Positions 63,253 through 64,000 of a stretch of DNA of 64,000 nucleotides are shown piece by piece; the first letter of the stretch is position 1, and each line of letters begins with the position of its first letter. The translations under genes were made by a program, and so were the position numbers. Source of the stretch: Arenicellales bacterium (GTDB lineage: Bacteria > Pseudomonadota > Gammaproteobacteria > Arenicellales > Poriferihabitantaceae); contig OZ241374.1 in assembly GCA_965200715.1 (NCBI GenBank), forward strand, positions 1,048,474 to 1,112,473, given 5' to 3'. The notes below the pieces were generated by a model. It made no database searches. It was given only the letters and a program-made list of their open reading frames with translations, and was not told the origin of the DNA.

Positions 63253-63543
63253 ATGAAAATGCGTCCACTCCATGATCGGGTTGTCGTCAGACGAACCGAA
63301 GATGAGCGTACCAGCCCCGGTGGCATTGTGATTCCCGATACTGCAACTGAAAAGCCTATGAAAGGTGAAGTTTTGGCTATTGGAAATGGCAAAAAACTTG
63401 ATAACGGTGAAGTCCGAGCACTTGATGTCAAAGTTGGTGATTCCGTTTTATTCGGAAAATACTCGGGTACTGAAGTCAAAATTGACGGAGAAGACATACT
63501 CGTGATGCGTGAAGACGACATTATGGCCGTCTTAGAAGGTTAA
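63253..63543 (+). CDS. groES: Co-chaperonin GroES
   Basis: [22 protein letters not shown]. Confidence 0.98.
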   Translation: MKMRPLHDRVVVRRTEDERTSPGGIVIPDTATEKPMKGEVLAIGNGKKLDNGEVRALDVKVGDSVLFGKYSGTEVKIDGEDILVMREDDIMAVLEG

Positions 63544-63579
63544 TCAGTTAATTCAGATATTACTTAAATGAGGATTTAA

Positions 63580-64000
<421 letters not shown>

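Overview
Bacterial chromosomal window, AT-rich by eye, with proteobacterial (Gamma/Beta-like) gene order. It is mostly housekeeping genes: 3' end of acs, napFDABC periplasmic nitrate reductase, rnc-era-recO, aceE-aceF-lpdA, gyrA-pheA-tyrA-aroA-cmk-rpsA-ihfB-lapA-lapB-ugd, mtnP, mfd, ispDF, large NAD-glutamate dehydrogenase, moaE/moaD/moaB, choline sulfatase, fxsA, and groES-groEL preceded by a perfect CIRCE. Four accessory patches interrupt it: (1) a GC-richer stand-alone P-loop ATPase (11.4-12.7 kb); (2) a scrambled DUF4338-type region running into an ISAs1 transposase split at an A_AAA_AAG slippery site (19.3-21.9 kb); (3) an island (34.5-41.6 kb) in which two diverged copies of an 'IS5-like left end + resolvase-HTH remnant' module lie next to different cargo, an orphan ABC substrate-binding protein and a Type IIG-like restriction-modification gene; (4) a 5'-truncated AAA/DUF4143 gene. 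Other oddities are an intact but apparently catalytically dead RmlA paralogue next to mtnP and a small Gly-rich membrane protein at the end of the nap operon. I saw no rRNA, tRNA or CRISPR array. All family calls come from motif recognition by eye; no database search was run.
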